From: Eledone cirrhosa
Lineage: Eukaryota
Direction of reading: 5' to 3'
DNA: 64,000 nt
NCBI GenBank assembly: GCA_964016885.1
Contig: OZ024742.1
Coordinates: forward strand, 316,634,001 to 316,698,000
A program made the position numbers and the translations under genes. The notes under the pieces are model-generated. The model did not search any database and had not been told where the DNA came from. It saw nothing but the letters and a program-made list of their open reading frames with translations. This document shows, piece after piece, positions 1 to 13,212 of this stretch (positions are counted from its first letter, which is position 1; each line of letters begins with the position of its first letter).

Positions 1-211
1 TCACACTCTCCCCATCTTTAGAGATTGATTTTCCAGAAACCAAGTTACGATAAAGATTTCAATTGATAAGACATTGTCTCGGCTTACCACCCATTAAATA
101 TGGTAGACGGCCTTTCGTTATATGCTTTATATGTAAACTGCCATATTATTAGTTTACTGTTATTAACGTGTAAACTATTTTCAAATGAATTACATTATCC
201 GTTGTAAACAT

Positions 212-345
212 TAGCTGCTTGCGCAGTGGTTAAGAATTTCTTTTCACAAACATGGTCTCGAGTTGGATCCCACTGCCTGACATCTGGGGTATGCATTGCT
301 ACCATATCCTCCAGTCGATTTAAGCTTTGTGAGTGAAACTGTGTG
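212..345 (+). mobile_element. Degenerate tRNA-derived SINE (CORE-like)
   Basis: A-box-like TGCGCAGTGG, B-box-like GAGTTGGATCC, then a CORE-like segment (CTGACATCTGGGGTATGCATTGCTACC) and GCTTTGTGAGTG. Confidence 0.45.
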
Positions 346-724
346 GAAGAACGACAAGGGGATTGTACCTGTAATCCCCATAAAAGAAATTCCGTTTCTT
401 TCTCTACTTACTCTTATATATCTTTCTATTTCTTCTACTTCTTATGTTATCTTCCGATGCAGAACTAACCTCTGAAACGTTGAAACTGTTTTCGTAATAC
501 ATCAAGCGTTAAACTAATATATGTGTATATCATACTTGTACTGTGTTATTCTCTAGTGTTGATTTCATTGTTGATGTTTCGCACAGACTCGCAGACACAC
601 ACAAATATACTCATGCACAGAGACACAGACACTCACAAACATACATACATGAAGAGACACAGGCACAAACAGACACACAGACACACCTACACACACACAT
701 ACACACACCTATATGTATATATAT

Positions 725-1299
725 ATATCCTCAGTGTATACTGATTAATGTTCAGAGCCATCCTCAGCATTCTCGTGTAGCACCCATCCACCATCTGAGT
801 GAGTTTCTTGGTCAGTGTCCAAGTCTCAGACCCGTACAGCAGCACAGACTCCACTACAGCAATGAAGAGGCGGATTTGCAGGTCTTTACGAAGGTCCCAC
901 TTCCACACCGATCACAAGCTGTAGCACGCCGCCCAGGCTTTGCTCTTCCTCTCAACCACATCATCCTCCGTATTCCCAATCTTTGCTCCCAAAAAACTCA
1001 GAGCAGGATGAAAAACTCAGAGCTGTATGGGAGCCTCCCAAAAGTCAGCTCAAAAGTGACACAGAGGAGACTGAGGTTAGCTGGACATGCTCACCGACAT
1101 CCAGAGTTGACATTGCACTCAGTGCTCCTGTGGGAGCCCCTACATGGACACACTGGAAGAGGAAGACCAAGGTTAACGTACGTTGATGCCCTAAGGACAG
1201 ACACTGGTCTGTTGGAGACGCAGGACATGGCAGCGATAATGAGGGACAGAAACCGCTGGAGAGAACTCGTCCATGGATCTCGGGAATTTTACCCGCCCT

Positions 1300-1300
<1 letters not shown>
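725..1300 (+). mobile_element. 5'-truncated RTE-clade LINE with 5' inversion (about 725-1000 on -, about 1003-1300 on +)
   Basis: - arm encodes KIGNTEDDVVERKSKAWAAC..VWK..IRLFIAVVESVLLYGSETWTLT; + arm encodes RRLRLAGH..GRGRPRLTYVD..DRNRW; same family as 27018-27500; flanked by (TA)n. Confidence 0.85.
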
Positions 1301-1351
<51 letters not shown>

Positions 1352-2224
1352 ATACTATGACCTATTCATTAAGAAATAGACTGTTATATATAAATTATTA
1401 ACGGCTAGATAGCCAGAGCTTCATATCATGTAGGCATTGCTTACATATATTTAATATATAAGTAACGACTTAAGATATAGATGTCAACAACTGAAAGTCA
1501 TAAACAGATTTCCTATTACGTTCAATGTGATTGTTTTTATTGAGCTGGCTGATATTGTTATTGTGGCTTCTTTTCATTTCTTTTCACAAGTGTGTATCAA
1601 TGTCCAATAACAATTTCAGCAAAGTTTATTTTTCAATGTCTGCAGGATATACATAGGCATGCTCGTTTATACACACACAAATTCGCACACACACACACAA
1701 ATTCTCTCTCACACAGAACCACATGAACACGCTCAAATTTACGCACACGCACATACATTTATATATGAGGGGTGTGAAAGGAAATGTGAGAAAGAATGAG
1801 TTTTCTGACATTTATCAGCAAAATTGAAATAATATTTATTTTCCTGTTATTTATTCAGTTCCAACATATATCTCTCTTCGATTATTAGCTATTGTTTTTA
1901 TTACGCATATATCTACTTTAATTACCATTCGTCGCTTTCTATAGGAAATGGGATTGTTAATGGATATGGTTTCCACGAATATAATCATCAGCATCAATTT
2001 CATTATCATCAAACCAAGAAACTTAATCATCATCGACATTCGCTTCATCATTATGAATTTTTGTTAATATCAACATCAAAAAAAAGCTATTAATGATGCA
2101 GCCAGAAACTCCCAGAATCTTCACCCATTCTGCTTGATATAAAAGAACAGAAAGGGTATAGTAAATATTTAATAGTGGAAAAACACTGCGAGATGATGTT
2201 CACGACTAAAATAGACAATGATGA

Positions 2225-2437
2225 GGTGGTAAACAAGTTAGTGCACTGTTAACCTGTTGAGGGAGGAACTTGTAGAGGGAGGAACTGAATATCTACGTGG
2301 ACACTCTGCTGGAAGAAACAGAGATGGAGACAGTACAGGAGCTCAATACCACAATGGACGACCATGGTGAAAGGAAGTGACGTATGGAATCAGTGGGGCG
2401 TCCCACTGGACGACCGAGGATAGGATAGGATAGGATA
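2225..2437 (+). mobile_element. Old RTE-type LINE 3' end
   Basis: Degenerate YVDTLLEET..ELNTTMDD C-terminus followed by a (GATAG)n tail. Confidence 0.5.
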
Positions 2438-3625
2438 TAATAATGTAGGAATCACATCAAACCCGGGAAAGTAACATGTTATTGATTATGAATTTCCAAT
2501 TCATATATGACCATCATAGACCGCATTAAAAATCTTTCTTGGTTTCAATTCACTCTCTCACAATTTCGAGCATCTCTCCCATTAATACAATAGCATTTGC
2601 TCCCCTGAGCTTGCTGAACACAGGTTGCTTAATCTCACTCATATCTCCTTTCTCACCTCACCTATCTTTTGCAGCAACTTTCACACCCCACAATACATTC
2701 CACAGTAGTTCCTGTCCAAAGCATTGCTCATCTAGAAATCTCCCATTGGTTACATCATTCGCAAATGAATGAAATTGAAACAGTTTAAACAGAACATCAA
2801 AGTCAACGATGTCTCCGTTAAGGGGAACTTCGGAAATGCCATGAGCACTGGCCTCTCATCCAGACCTACTAAATAAAAATCATAATTATTATCTCGATCA
2901 TCATATATAATAACATACAGGGCCGGGCTTTCACATGCTGGGGCCCTGAACTATATGAAATCTGAAGCACTTCTCTAAAAATATTCGGGTGAAAAAATTT
3001 TAAATAATTATACAAGATTATTATTTATTAATGATTACAAAATTAAATTAGTTACAAAATTTTCCTTTTAATTGATTAATTGATTTATTCCATTTGTCGC
3101 ATAGAAAAATAATTACTGCCATTAACAATTAGCAAGTATTCAATAGAAATATTAAAACAAAACTAAATTTAATTATAATCCCCTTTTTATTTAAAACACT
3201 TTCTCTGTGATTTTTCTCTATCAAGATCATAAAGTTTTTCTATGGCAGACATAGTGTTGGCACACGCCCCCCGTCTAGTATCAGATATATACTTTGGAAT
3301 ATTAAATTTCGATTTCAAGAATCCTAACATCACAGCCCATCACTTTTTAGCAGATGAAAATCAAACGTATATTTCTTGAACAACCCTAAAAGGTTTACTA
3401 CATCTAAGCAACAATCTACTGCAGAACGACCAAGATTCAAAGAATTTCCTGCATGAGCAATATATATATATAGCATGTTTGTTTATAGTTAGAAAATGTG
3501 GCATACCTTTCTACTCGCCGGAGATATTTGCTGTATTATCATAAGATATCACCATATCTGCCATACTCTCTCCAGTGTTATTCTTCAATTCTAAGAATGT
3601 TAAAAATCAGTCATCAGGTGAGACA

Positions 3626-3746
3626 TACAACAGCAGTAGTAGTAGCAGTAGTAGCAGCATCAACAGTAGTAGAAGTAGCAGCAACAGTAATGTAGTTGTA
3701 ATAGAAGTAGTAGAAGCAGAAGTATTATTATTATTATTACTAGTAA

Positions 3747-3787
<41 letters not shown>

Positions 3788-3988
3788 ACAGTAGCAGCAA
3801 CAGCTGTAGAAGCGGCAGTAGTAGCAGTAGCAGCAGTAGGAGAAACAACAGCAGTAGTAGTAGTAGTAGCAGTAGTAGCACCAATAGTAGTAGTAGCAGA
3901 GCCGCAGCAGTAGCAGCAGCAACAGCAGCAGCAGAAGTAGTAGTAGTAGTAGTAGCAGCAGTAGTAGTAGTAGCAGAGCAGCAGCAGT

Positions 3989-4019
<31 letters not shown>

Positions 4020-4130
4020 AAATATTTTGTACAGCGCTCAGGTGCACTACAACTCATCAAAAGTGTATGTATAGTACATAGGGTAATGTACAAACGTCAG
4101 GAAAATATAGTAGTAGTAGTAGCAGTATAT

Positions 4131-4165
<35 letters not shown>

Positions 4166-4180
4166 TGTTGTTGTAGTTTC
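3626..4180. repeat. Compound (GTA/GCA/TAA)n trinucleotide microsatellite
   Basis: Directly visible; explains the overlapping poly-V/T/L/Y ORFs. Confidence 0.95.
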
Positions 4181-4221
4181 TAAACTAAGCAGAATGCTAT
4201 TGTTGCTATTATTGACTCTGG

Positions 4222-4430
4222 CAATTTCAAAGGCAAAGTTGACCGCAGTGGGATGTGCACTGAGAACGTAATGGGAGTTAATTGAATAAGTCTACTGAAA
4301 CAATAAAAATGATTTTGAACAGTGGCACAATGCTATGAATTTTGAGGAGCGCTATAGTCGATTTTATCGATCCCGGATGATTGAAAGGCATAAATGACCC
4401 CCAGCGTAATATGAACTTAGAATGCAAAAA
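4222..4430 (-). mobile_element. Two degenerate fragments of the octopus-type tRNA SINE
   Basis: AAAGGCAAAGTTGACC..GGGATGTGCACTGAGAACGTAA and GAAAGGCATAAATGACC..GAACTTAGAATG resemble the reverse complement of the SINE at 35750-35945. Confidence 0.5.
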
Positions 4431-4537
4431 TACTTAATTATTACATATCGTAAAAATTTCTATCATTTCTGTCATACGAAAAGAAAAAAAAAAGAATTAT
4501 AATAATTTTCAATATTATATGAATAAGTAATCGTTAA

Positions 4538-4593
4538 ACACACACACACACACGCACACACGCACACACGCACACACGCACACACACAGACAC

Positions 4594-4656
<63 letters not shown>

Positions 4657-4691
4657 CACACAAACACACATGCACACACACACAGACACAC

Positions 4692-4726
<35 letters not shown>
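4538..4726. repeat. (CA)n microsatellite
   Basis: Directly visible. Confidence 0.95.
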
Positions 4727-4734
<8 letters not shown>

Positions 4735-4806
4735 GGGCCTTCAAGTATGAGATTTGTAGAAATTTGTAGAAAAAAAATTTCTACAAATTTCATACTTGAT
4801 GACCCA

Positions 4807-4849
<43 letters not shown>

Positions 4850-5309
4850 CAGCGAGAATCGTATTTTGGCTGGTAGAAAATGCGAAACGAAACGCAAAAT
4901 CGTAGAAATCCTGGCAAGCGCTCAATAGTTAAAAAACTAGAGCTAAACAATATGTTAAAATGCCATACAAACTGAAAAAGTGGTTAAGAAGGCATTAACC
5001 ACCTAAGCCAAAAAACAAATCAAGCTAAACAGGTCAAACAAAATAAATGATAAAAACCTGGACCCAAATGGAATTGGTGGTAAAATCCAAATGCAGGGTT
5101 TCTATGACAGCTAAATCAATAATACTGTCTGCTTAAAACTATAAGCTTTCAGCATAAAGATCGAACAAGGAATATCACGTTATCAACAGGTAATTTTGCA
5201 CTGTAACCAACTTTGCGAGTGACGCAGAGCCTAGTAAACGCACATGCGTAAGTCACAAGGGGAAATTCCCCATATTTTGGCAAATGAATTCAGTATGTAT
5301 GTGTGTATG

Positions 5310-5552
<243 letters not shown>

Positions 5553-5763
5553 ATGAACTTTTTTTGTTTAATATAAGGAATTGTTTATTCATTATTTGTT
5601 TAATATTTTATCTTGACTCTGTATACCGTTTATCTTTCACCGAAAGTGGATTTTCATTACATCTCTTCTTTCCATGATATCCGGAATACATTGAGTTCTT
5701 CATACGGATTGGACACTACCGTAAACTCTTGGTAGATTTATCTACATATATATGTATATATAA

Positions 5764-5867
<104 letters not shown>

Positions 5868-5868
5868 G

Positions 5869-5909
<41 letters not shown>

Positions 5910-5935
5910 GTATATATATATGTATATATATATAT

Positions 5936-6015
<80 letters not shown>

Positions 6016-6063
6016 GTGTATATAATATATAAGAACAAAAGATGGTTAAAAGAGTTCCATGTA

Positions 6064-6130
6064 TTTTATTATGCGCATTTCAAAAACAAATATCATCATG
6101 CAATAATATTTGTGTTTTCATCAGATAAAA
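6064..6130 (-). ncRNA. Minimal type I HHR of the PLE pLTR
   Basis: Reverse complement of 8661-8727. Confidence 0.8.
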
Positions 6131-6494
6131 CAGGAAGACATGATATGAAGGTGAAAAAACACTTGTGGATAGTGCAGTTTTAAATCAACATATGAAAAGT
6201 AGTTTTAGATTGATGTGTGATATTGGGAAACATATTTATTTTGAGGGGTGGGGGTGGGGTGGAGAGAATGAAATAGAGGAGGAGATGAGAGTAAAAAGTG
6301 GAGAGGGAGGAGTATAATGAGGAAGGATGAGATAGGAGGAGAGATGGGTGATAGAGAGAGATAGCTTTTATAACTGAGAAAGATATATTGTTTTACATAG
6401 AGAGGTTAAAAACCGTTGGAAGATAATGTATAAATTAAAAGAATTTGAAAATTAACGAAGAGAAAAATAATGTAAAGTTAAGGTTTGTATATTG

Positions 6495-6720
6495 AGGGGT
6501 TTAATAATATGTGCGATGAAAAGAAAATGTTAATATGTATTAAGAATAATATTTAAGGGTTTAATAACATGTGCGATGAAAAGAAAATGTTAATATGTAT
6601 TAAGCATAATATTTAAGGGTTTAATAACATGTGCGATGGAAAAGAAAAATTAATATGTATTAAGAATGATATTAAGGGTTTAATATGTGCGATGGAAAGA
6701 AAATGTTGATATGTATTATT
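6495..6720. repeat. About 58-bp tandem repeat x4 in the PLE 3' UTR (mirrored at about 8070-8300)
   Basis: Unit GGGTTTAATAACATGTGCGATGAAAAGAAAATGTTAATATGTATTAAG repeated. Confidence 0.85.
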
Positions 6721-7129
6721 AAAAGGAATAACAGGTAATTTAAGTAAGGATATATTGTGAGATGAGCATGAATGAGTTAGATGAAAGGGAGAAAAAATAA
6801 TGAATTGAGGATGAATAATCTAACGTCAAAAAAATGTTTGTTTACGAAGGATTTTTACAAGGTGATATAGAGTAAGAATGTATTGTATTATGTAATAATT
6901 GATTCTATGTTAGGCAACAGTAAGAAAAGGTACAGATTAGGGGTTAGACATTAAAAGAAAAAAGAGAAGAAAGGGAAGTGATAAATATGATCGATATATA
7001 GAATGAGTAACAAGTATTATAGAATGTATAATAACCTTTGAAATAAGGTAGAAAGATGGGTATATTTTTAAAGAAGTGTATATATATATATGTGCCTTTG
7101 AGAAAAAGATTCTAAATTGATAAAGAATA

Positions 7130-7503
7130 TTAGCTGTATACTTTGTGGAATGTTTTGTGGAATTTATGCAAGCAGATAGAAAACAAGTCAGTGCGTCTAT
7201 TTATTATAGAATCTAAATTAGATATAATGGTAAATTTTTCATTTAGACAGAGATTGCAAATTTTGGATAGAGAACTGTTCAAGTATTGAGACGCAGAAGA
7301 AACCTTCTTCCAAAAGATGCTATATTTAATATTTTTGTCTTTCAAGGACCATATGAGTTCTGAGAGAGCCGTGTTGGTTCTTTTAAGTTTGTATTTAAAA
7401 GACGAATGATGGTTATAAAGACGAGCTTTAAAATAGGTGGAAGTGGAGCCAAAATAGGTGAAGGAATTGGTGTCAGTTATAACTTTACATTGGTAAATTA
7501 AGT
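7130..7503 (-). pseudogene. PLE GIY-YIG endonuclease C-terminal remnant (Hydra-like type)
   Basis: LIYQCKV..TYFGSTST.FKARLYNH..TALSELIWSLKD..W..CNLCLNEK..NRRTDLFSICLHK; same motif set as 14875-16308. Confidence 0.8.
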
Positions 7504-8660
7504 TAAAAAAACTTAATTTGCAATCTCTGTCTAAATGAAAAATTTACCATTATATCTAATTTAGATTCTATAATAAATTAAGTTAAAAAAACTTAATTTA
7601 CGAATGTAAAGTTATAACTGACACCAATTCCACAAAACATTCCAAAAAGTACACAGCTAATATTCTTTATCAATTTAGAATCTTTTTCTCAAAGGCACAT
7701 ATATATATATATACACTTCTTTAAAAATATACCCATCTTTCTACCTTATTTCAAAGGTTATTATACATTCTATAATACTTGTTACTCATTCTATATATCG
7801 ATCATATTTATCACTTCCCTTTCTTCTCTTTTTTCTTTTAATGTCTAACCCCTAATCTGTACCTTTTCTTACTGTTGCCTAACATAGAATCAATTATTAC
7901 ATAATACAATACATTCTTACTCTATATCACCTTGTAAAAATCCTTCGTAAACAAACATTTTTTTGACGTTAGATTATTCATCCTTATTATTTTTTTTCTC
8001 CCTTTCATCTAACTCATTCATGCTCATCTCACAATATATCCTTACTTAAATTACCTGTTATTCCTTTTAATAATACATATCAATATTTTCTTTCCATCGC
8101 ACATATTATTAAACCCTTAATATCATTCTAAATACATATTAACTTTTTCTTTTCCATCGCACATGTTATTAAACCCTTAAATATTATTCTTAATACATAT
8201 TAACATTTTCTTTTCATCGCACATGTTATTAAACCCTTAAATATTATTCTTAATACATATTAACATTTTCTTTTCATCGCACATATTATTAAACCCCTCA
8301 ATATACAAACCTTAACTTTACATTATTTTTCTCTTCGTTAATTTTCAAATTCTTTTAATTTATACATTATCTTCCAACGTTTTCAACCTCTCTATGTAAA
8401 ACAATATATCTTTCTCAGTTATAAAAGCTATCTCTCTCTCTCTCTCTATCACCCATCTCTCCTCCTATCTCATCCTTCCTCATTATACTCCTCCCTCTCC
8501 ACTTTTTACTCTCATCTCCTCCTCTTTTTCATCCTCTCCCCCCCCCTCAAAATAAATATTTTTCCCAATATCACACATCAATCTAAAACTACTTTTCATA
8601 TGTTGATTTAAAACTGCACTATCCACAAGTGTTTTTTAACCTTCATATCATGTCTTCCTG

Positions 8661-8727
8661 TTTTATCTGATGAAAACACAAATATTATTGCATGATAATA
8701 TTTGTTTTTGAAATGCGCATAATAAAA
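8661..8727 (+). ncRNA. Minimal type I HHR of the PLE pLTR
   Basis: Stem I TTTTAT/ATAAAA; CTGATGA 8667-8673; hairpin stem II (CAAATATTAT..ATAATATTTG); GAAA 8710-8713; palindromic ATGCGCAT; ATA triplet. Confidence 0.8.
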
Positions 8728-8854
8728 TACATGGAACTCTTCTAACCATCTTTTGTTCTTATATATTATGTATACTCCAGTCCTACAAACTGTAGAGTGC
8801 TTCTTATCCGATATCTGCATTGCTTTATTGTACTACAATAAAACTCACCTCCTA

Positions 8855-8898
<44 letters not shown>

Positions 8899-8909
8899 GA
8901 GAGAGATAA

Positions 8910-9059
8910 AAGTGGTTACACAATAGTTAGTTCCCCATACCGGGAACAATTGTTCTCCATACCGAGAACAGCGGATCCTCAGTTCGATTACGATCTGGGC
9001 ATCCGCTAAGGTGAAACAATTGATCTCGGTATGGTAAACTAACTGTTGTGTAATCACTT
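8910..9059 (+). repeat. 150-nt imperfect inverted repeat (rod-like hairpin) inside a short insert between (TA)n tracts
   Basis: AAGTGGTTACACAATAGTTAGTT..CCATACCGGGAACAATTGTT pairs with AACAATTGATCTCGGTATGG..AACTAACTGTTGTGTAATCACTT. Confidence 0.8.
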
Positions 9060-9117
9060 CTACCTAACACGTCCCTTGGACTGATTGCTCTACCACTACG
9101 TATATTACCTTCCAGTG

Positions 9118-9157
<40 letters not shown>

Positions 9158-9160
<3 letters not shown>

Positions 9161-9328
9161 AAAATAGCCGTCGAAACGGCTTGAGCTCTGCCGTCGGGGT
9201 TAAACATTTTACTATTACCCACTCTACTAGTCTATGTATTGAGTAGTCTTGTGCGTTATGGTCCATCTATATAAAACGTAGGAAGTGTGGTAAGTAACCA
9301 GGTGGACCATAACGCATCAGAGTACTCG

Positions 9329-9333
<5 letters not shown>
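9158..9333. mobile_element. Short pLTR/tail fragments of an HHR-bearing family, related to 38140-38301
   Basis: Shares GAAACGGCTTGAGCTC.GCCGTCGGGG, CTATTACCCACTCTAC and GGACCATAACGCA.CAGAGTACTC with 38140-38301. Confidence 0.65.
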
Positions 9334-9400
<67 letters not shown>

Positions 9401-9404
<4 letters not shown>

Positions 9405-9852
9405 TAAAAGAGAAAACACAGGTAAGCATTAAGAGAAGGATTTAATCCAGGTATTTACGACCGTTTCATTAGTAAGTGCAACCTTATATTGCTATACTGC
9501 AAATAGCAGCCACTCAATTATAATTGTTGTTCACAGTCCAAAATTTCACAATAGTGAGTTACTCTTGAAATAATTCTTAATATATAGAGAAAAACATTTA
9601 TTTGGAATTGTATTTACTAGTATAGAGAGAGAGGAATCAGGAGGTGAGGGGACAGGCAGCATAGTATAGAGAGAGAGGAGGGGGAGGAGGTAGGAAGTAG
9701 AATGACAAACTGAGGTGGAGGTAGGGGTAGAGGTGGAAGGATTCTTTGGTCAGTTTTGATAGCAGACATCATGTCGTGGAGTGTAGTGAGTTAAAGAGAA
9801 TTAAATAGATAATAGTGGGAGGGATGGATAGAGAGGGGGGAGATATAAAGAG

Positions 9853-9930
<78 letters not shown>

Positions 9931-9967
9931 TACATACACACATATATATATACATCCACATACACAT

Positions 9968-10034
<67 letters not shown>

Positions 10035-11210
10035 CATACACACACACACCACATATATATATACACATATATATACATATATATATAAAAAAATAAAAAT
10101 AAAGATAATAATGACAAAAATAAACGCAAAGAAGGGGGTGAGAAGGAAGAAAAGAAAAGATAGCCAAGAAGGGGGAAGGTAGAAAACGAAGAAATAGAAG
10201 AGGAATGAGGGAGAAGGGGGGATATATGTATTGGTTTTGTGGGTAATTAAAGGGTCTAGATATAAGAGGGTATAAAGTCTAAGTATATGCAGTTTATCAG
10301 TTGGTAGTAAGAGGTTAAGGGTTCGATTTGTAGTGCGAAAATTTCTCTTTGAGTCTATGGTTACAATAAATTGATCTCTCAATTTTATTGTTGAGTAACC
10401 TATTCTTCGAACTTAAGATGTGGAACAGCTCAAGGTCGCATAATCCACAGCTTCTCATACCACTCCGATATGGGGGCGCGTTCGATAATTTTTTCCACTT
10501 CAGGGTGTATTGATAGTTACTTTCCCTCAGTTGCCAGGTCTTGTTTGCAAGGGTAGTTACATAACGGTGCTGGGAATGTTTCATTGCGTAACGGTGTGTA
10601 TACCAACGAGCTTTAAAAGTATTTCCAGTCGCTCCGATATAATACCATTTCTGGTTGTCTGATTCCACTGTGCATTGGTAAACCAGGTTAGACTGCTACA
10701 TTCATTTTGTAATGGACAGGTTTCAGGTAGGTGGCAGTTACATTTCTTGTTATGGGCAACTTTGGCATTATTTGTGGGCTGCGATGCCTGAACAAGTGTG
10801 TTACGTTTTGTTTGCCTATTAGCGGGTGGTTGTGTATTAGATATTATGTTGTGTTCGGTGGTAGTTGTATTGTTATTGTTGTAAATTTGTGTTTTGGTGT
10901 TGTTATGTATCTTTTTAGCGTTAAGCATCTTAATGTGTGCTTCTATATTTGGTGCCGTGGAGTAGGATCGTCTAATAGATTTAGTGTTAAGGATTTTGCT
11001 GTATCTATGTGAATCTGGAAAGTGCCTATTTATTATTCTAAAGAAAGTAGAGGGTAGGTTAGTAGTAATAGAGGTGTTAAATATGGGGTTATACCAAATA
11101 TATTTTCCACTGCGTGACTTGTTTGATTTCGATGTTGTATTTCTATTTGCCGTATACTTTGCAGTTCTATGCGTAAATGTGTGTATGCGTGTGTTTCTGG
11201 AGTTTGTGTT
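9401..11210 (-). mobile_element. 5'-truncated PLE (Hydra-like linker + GIY-YIG, 3' UTR, degenerate HHR remnant near 9455-9470)
   Basis: Coding remnant at 10315-11210; 3' end abuts (TA)n; GAAACGGTC half-site on -. Confidence 0.75.
10315..11210 (-). pseudogene. PLE linker-Zn finger-GIY-YIG endonuclease, one frameshift near 10690
   Basis: IWYNPIFN..HFPDSHRYSKILN..SYS; CNCHLPETCPLQNEC; YYIGATGNTFKARWYTH; CGLCDLE; CNHR. Confidence 0.85.
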
Positions 11211-11220
11211 ATATATATAT

Positions 11221-13155
11221 AAGAGAGTATTGAAGTTTGCTTGAAGCATTGTGGAATAATAAGTAAATATCTTTAAGTCGTTTGGAAGCCTCGACAATGC
11301 AAATGGGTAAATCTCCGGGTAACAAGAATCGGTGGTGGAGAGAGAGATGTAAGTGGGTGTACGTTGAGATGCGTGGTGTGTATAAGATGTGTAAGATGTG
11401 TACAAGAATGAAGGGAAGAGTATAAAGGATAAAATAAAAATAACAACACAGAGAGAGTTACCTTGGGAGAGAATTAATAGTCCCTATATATTTCGGATTC
11501 ACATCCATCAACTGGGGATTTTTTCTGGGTTGGAGGAAAGGTTGTCTGTCGGACAGGTGCGAAACGCGTCCTCCGCTGTTTGTTGTTTTGAATATCTGAG
11601 GTATTCGGCAGAGCGCGCGTGCGCGTGAAATGGGGTCGGTCGGGCAGAGGTCAGCGACCGAATGAGGGAGTGGGGTGGCGCTAGCTGTCAGTCCATTCTC
11701 TGCCTGCTTGTTTAGTGTTACTGTGTGTGTGTGTGGGTGTGTTGTTGTCTCGCTTGAGTGTGTGTGTGTGTGTGCGTGTGTTGTTGCCTTGTTCCTCTGT
11801 ATTGGCGGTGTAGTATGTTCGTATGGTGGAATGCTACTGTGTGTGTGTGCGTGTGTGTGTAGTTGTCTCGTTTGTGTGTGTGTGTATGTGTGTGTGCGTG
11901 TGTTGTGTGTTGCTGCATCGTTTGTTAACTTAAACCAGCCATCTCATTTCGCTTCTCTCTGATCGGTTGTTTATTTGCGGTTGCAGGCGTTTGATAAAAA
12001 GCGCTTCCTTGATAAGTAACGTGCCGACGTTTCTTTCAGTCGCTAGAATTGTGACAATGGGCCTTCCGTCTTTGTTTCCGCATTTGTCTATGTCTTTCCG
12101 GAAAGACGAGGCCCTGGTTTTAGTGTGTTCTTTGATCCGGATGTGCAAAAGTCGGATTGTGCTACCTATGTAGTATTGGTTGCACCTGTCACATTCTATC
12201 TTATACACGACGTATGTGCGTAGGCAACAGTTCGCATGGCGTATCGGGCAGTCTCTGAGGGAGCATGCGTCAGTAGATTTCCCGGGTTTCCTGGAGAGGC
12301 ATCTTCGCAGGGAGGGGCCCGAGTGGGCCAGGTGGATGTCGAGGCCCTCCCTCCATATAGCCTTGCGGATAGCGTTGGTGGTTCTCGCCCAGGTGTGGCA
12401 TTTTAAGGAAGCACTTGCCTTGGGTGCCTCTCTGTCCTTTGTGTCAGGTGTCTCCTATTCTGTCTGTGATCGAGGTAGGGTACTCGTTCGTCTCCAGCAC
12501 CTCGAGGAATCGCTTGGTATGAGTGACACCACTCGCGGGATCGCTGCATTTGTTTTTGATTTGCGCGACCTCGTTCGTGATGTATCCTCTTTTGGCACTG
12601 TTAGGGAGGGCGTACACGCACACACATACAGTAGCATTCCACCATACCAACATCCTACACCGCCAATACAGAGGAACAAGGCAACAACACACGCACACAC
12701 ACACACACACTCAAGCGTGACAACAACACACGCACACACACAGTAACATTTAACAAACAGGCAGAGAATGGACTGACAGCTAGCGCCACCCCACTCCCTC
12801 ATTAGGCCGCTGACCTCTGCCCGACCGACCCCATTTCACGCGCACACGCGCTCTGCCGAATACCTCAGATATTCAAAACAACAAACAGCGGAGGACGCGT
12901 TTCGCACCTGTCCGACAGACAAACTTTCCCCCACCCCGGAAAAAAACCCCATTTGATGGATGTGAATCCGAAATATATAGGGACTATTAAATCTCTCTCA
13001 AGGTAACTCTTTCTTCTGTTGTTATTTTTATTTTATCCTTTATACTCTTCCCTAGATTCTTCTACACATCTTACACATCTTATACACACCACGCATCTCA
13101 ACGTACACCCACTTACATCTCTCTCTCCACCACCGGATCTTGTTACCCGGAGATT

Positions 13156-13212
<57 letters not shown>

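Larger units (their letters stand above)
6020..8855. mobile_element. Fold-back Penelope-like element 3' end (- arm about 6020-7503, + arm about 7510-8855)
   Basis: About 1.1-kb near-identical inverted arms, GIY-YIG remnant, one HHR per arm, (TA)n on both sides; the + arm has about 85 extra nt of tail. Confidence 0.85.

Noticed and set aside
450-490. HHR-like CCGATGC..GAAACGTT, with a similar relic at 51400-51440 (-)
   Set aside because: Core boxes mutated at several positions; at most dead relics
2500-2870. Possible old LINE fragment on -
   Set aside because: No diagnostic motif recognised
2918-2950. CAGGGCCGG hAT-like terminus
   Set aside because: No matching second TIR or TSD found
12945-12985. 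HHR in the pLTR of the 11.2-13.2 kb PLE
   Set aside because: Stem II, GAAA and stem III are present but the 5' core reads CATTTGA or CAGTTGA; not called functional
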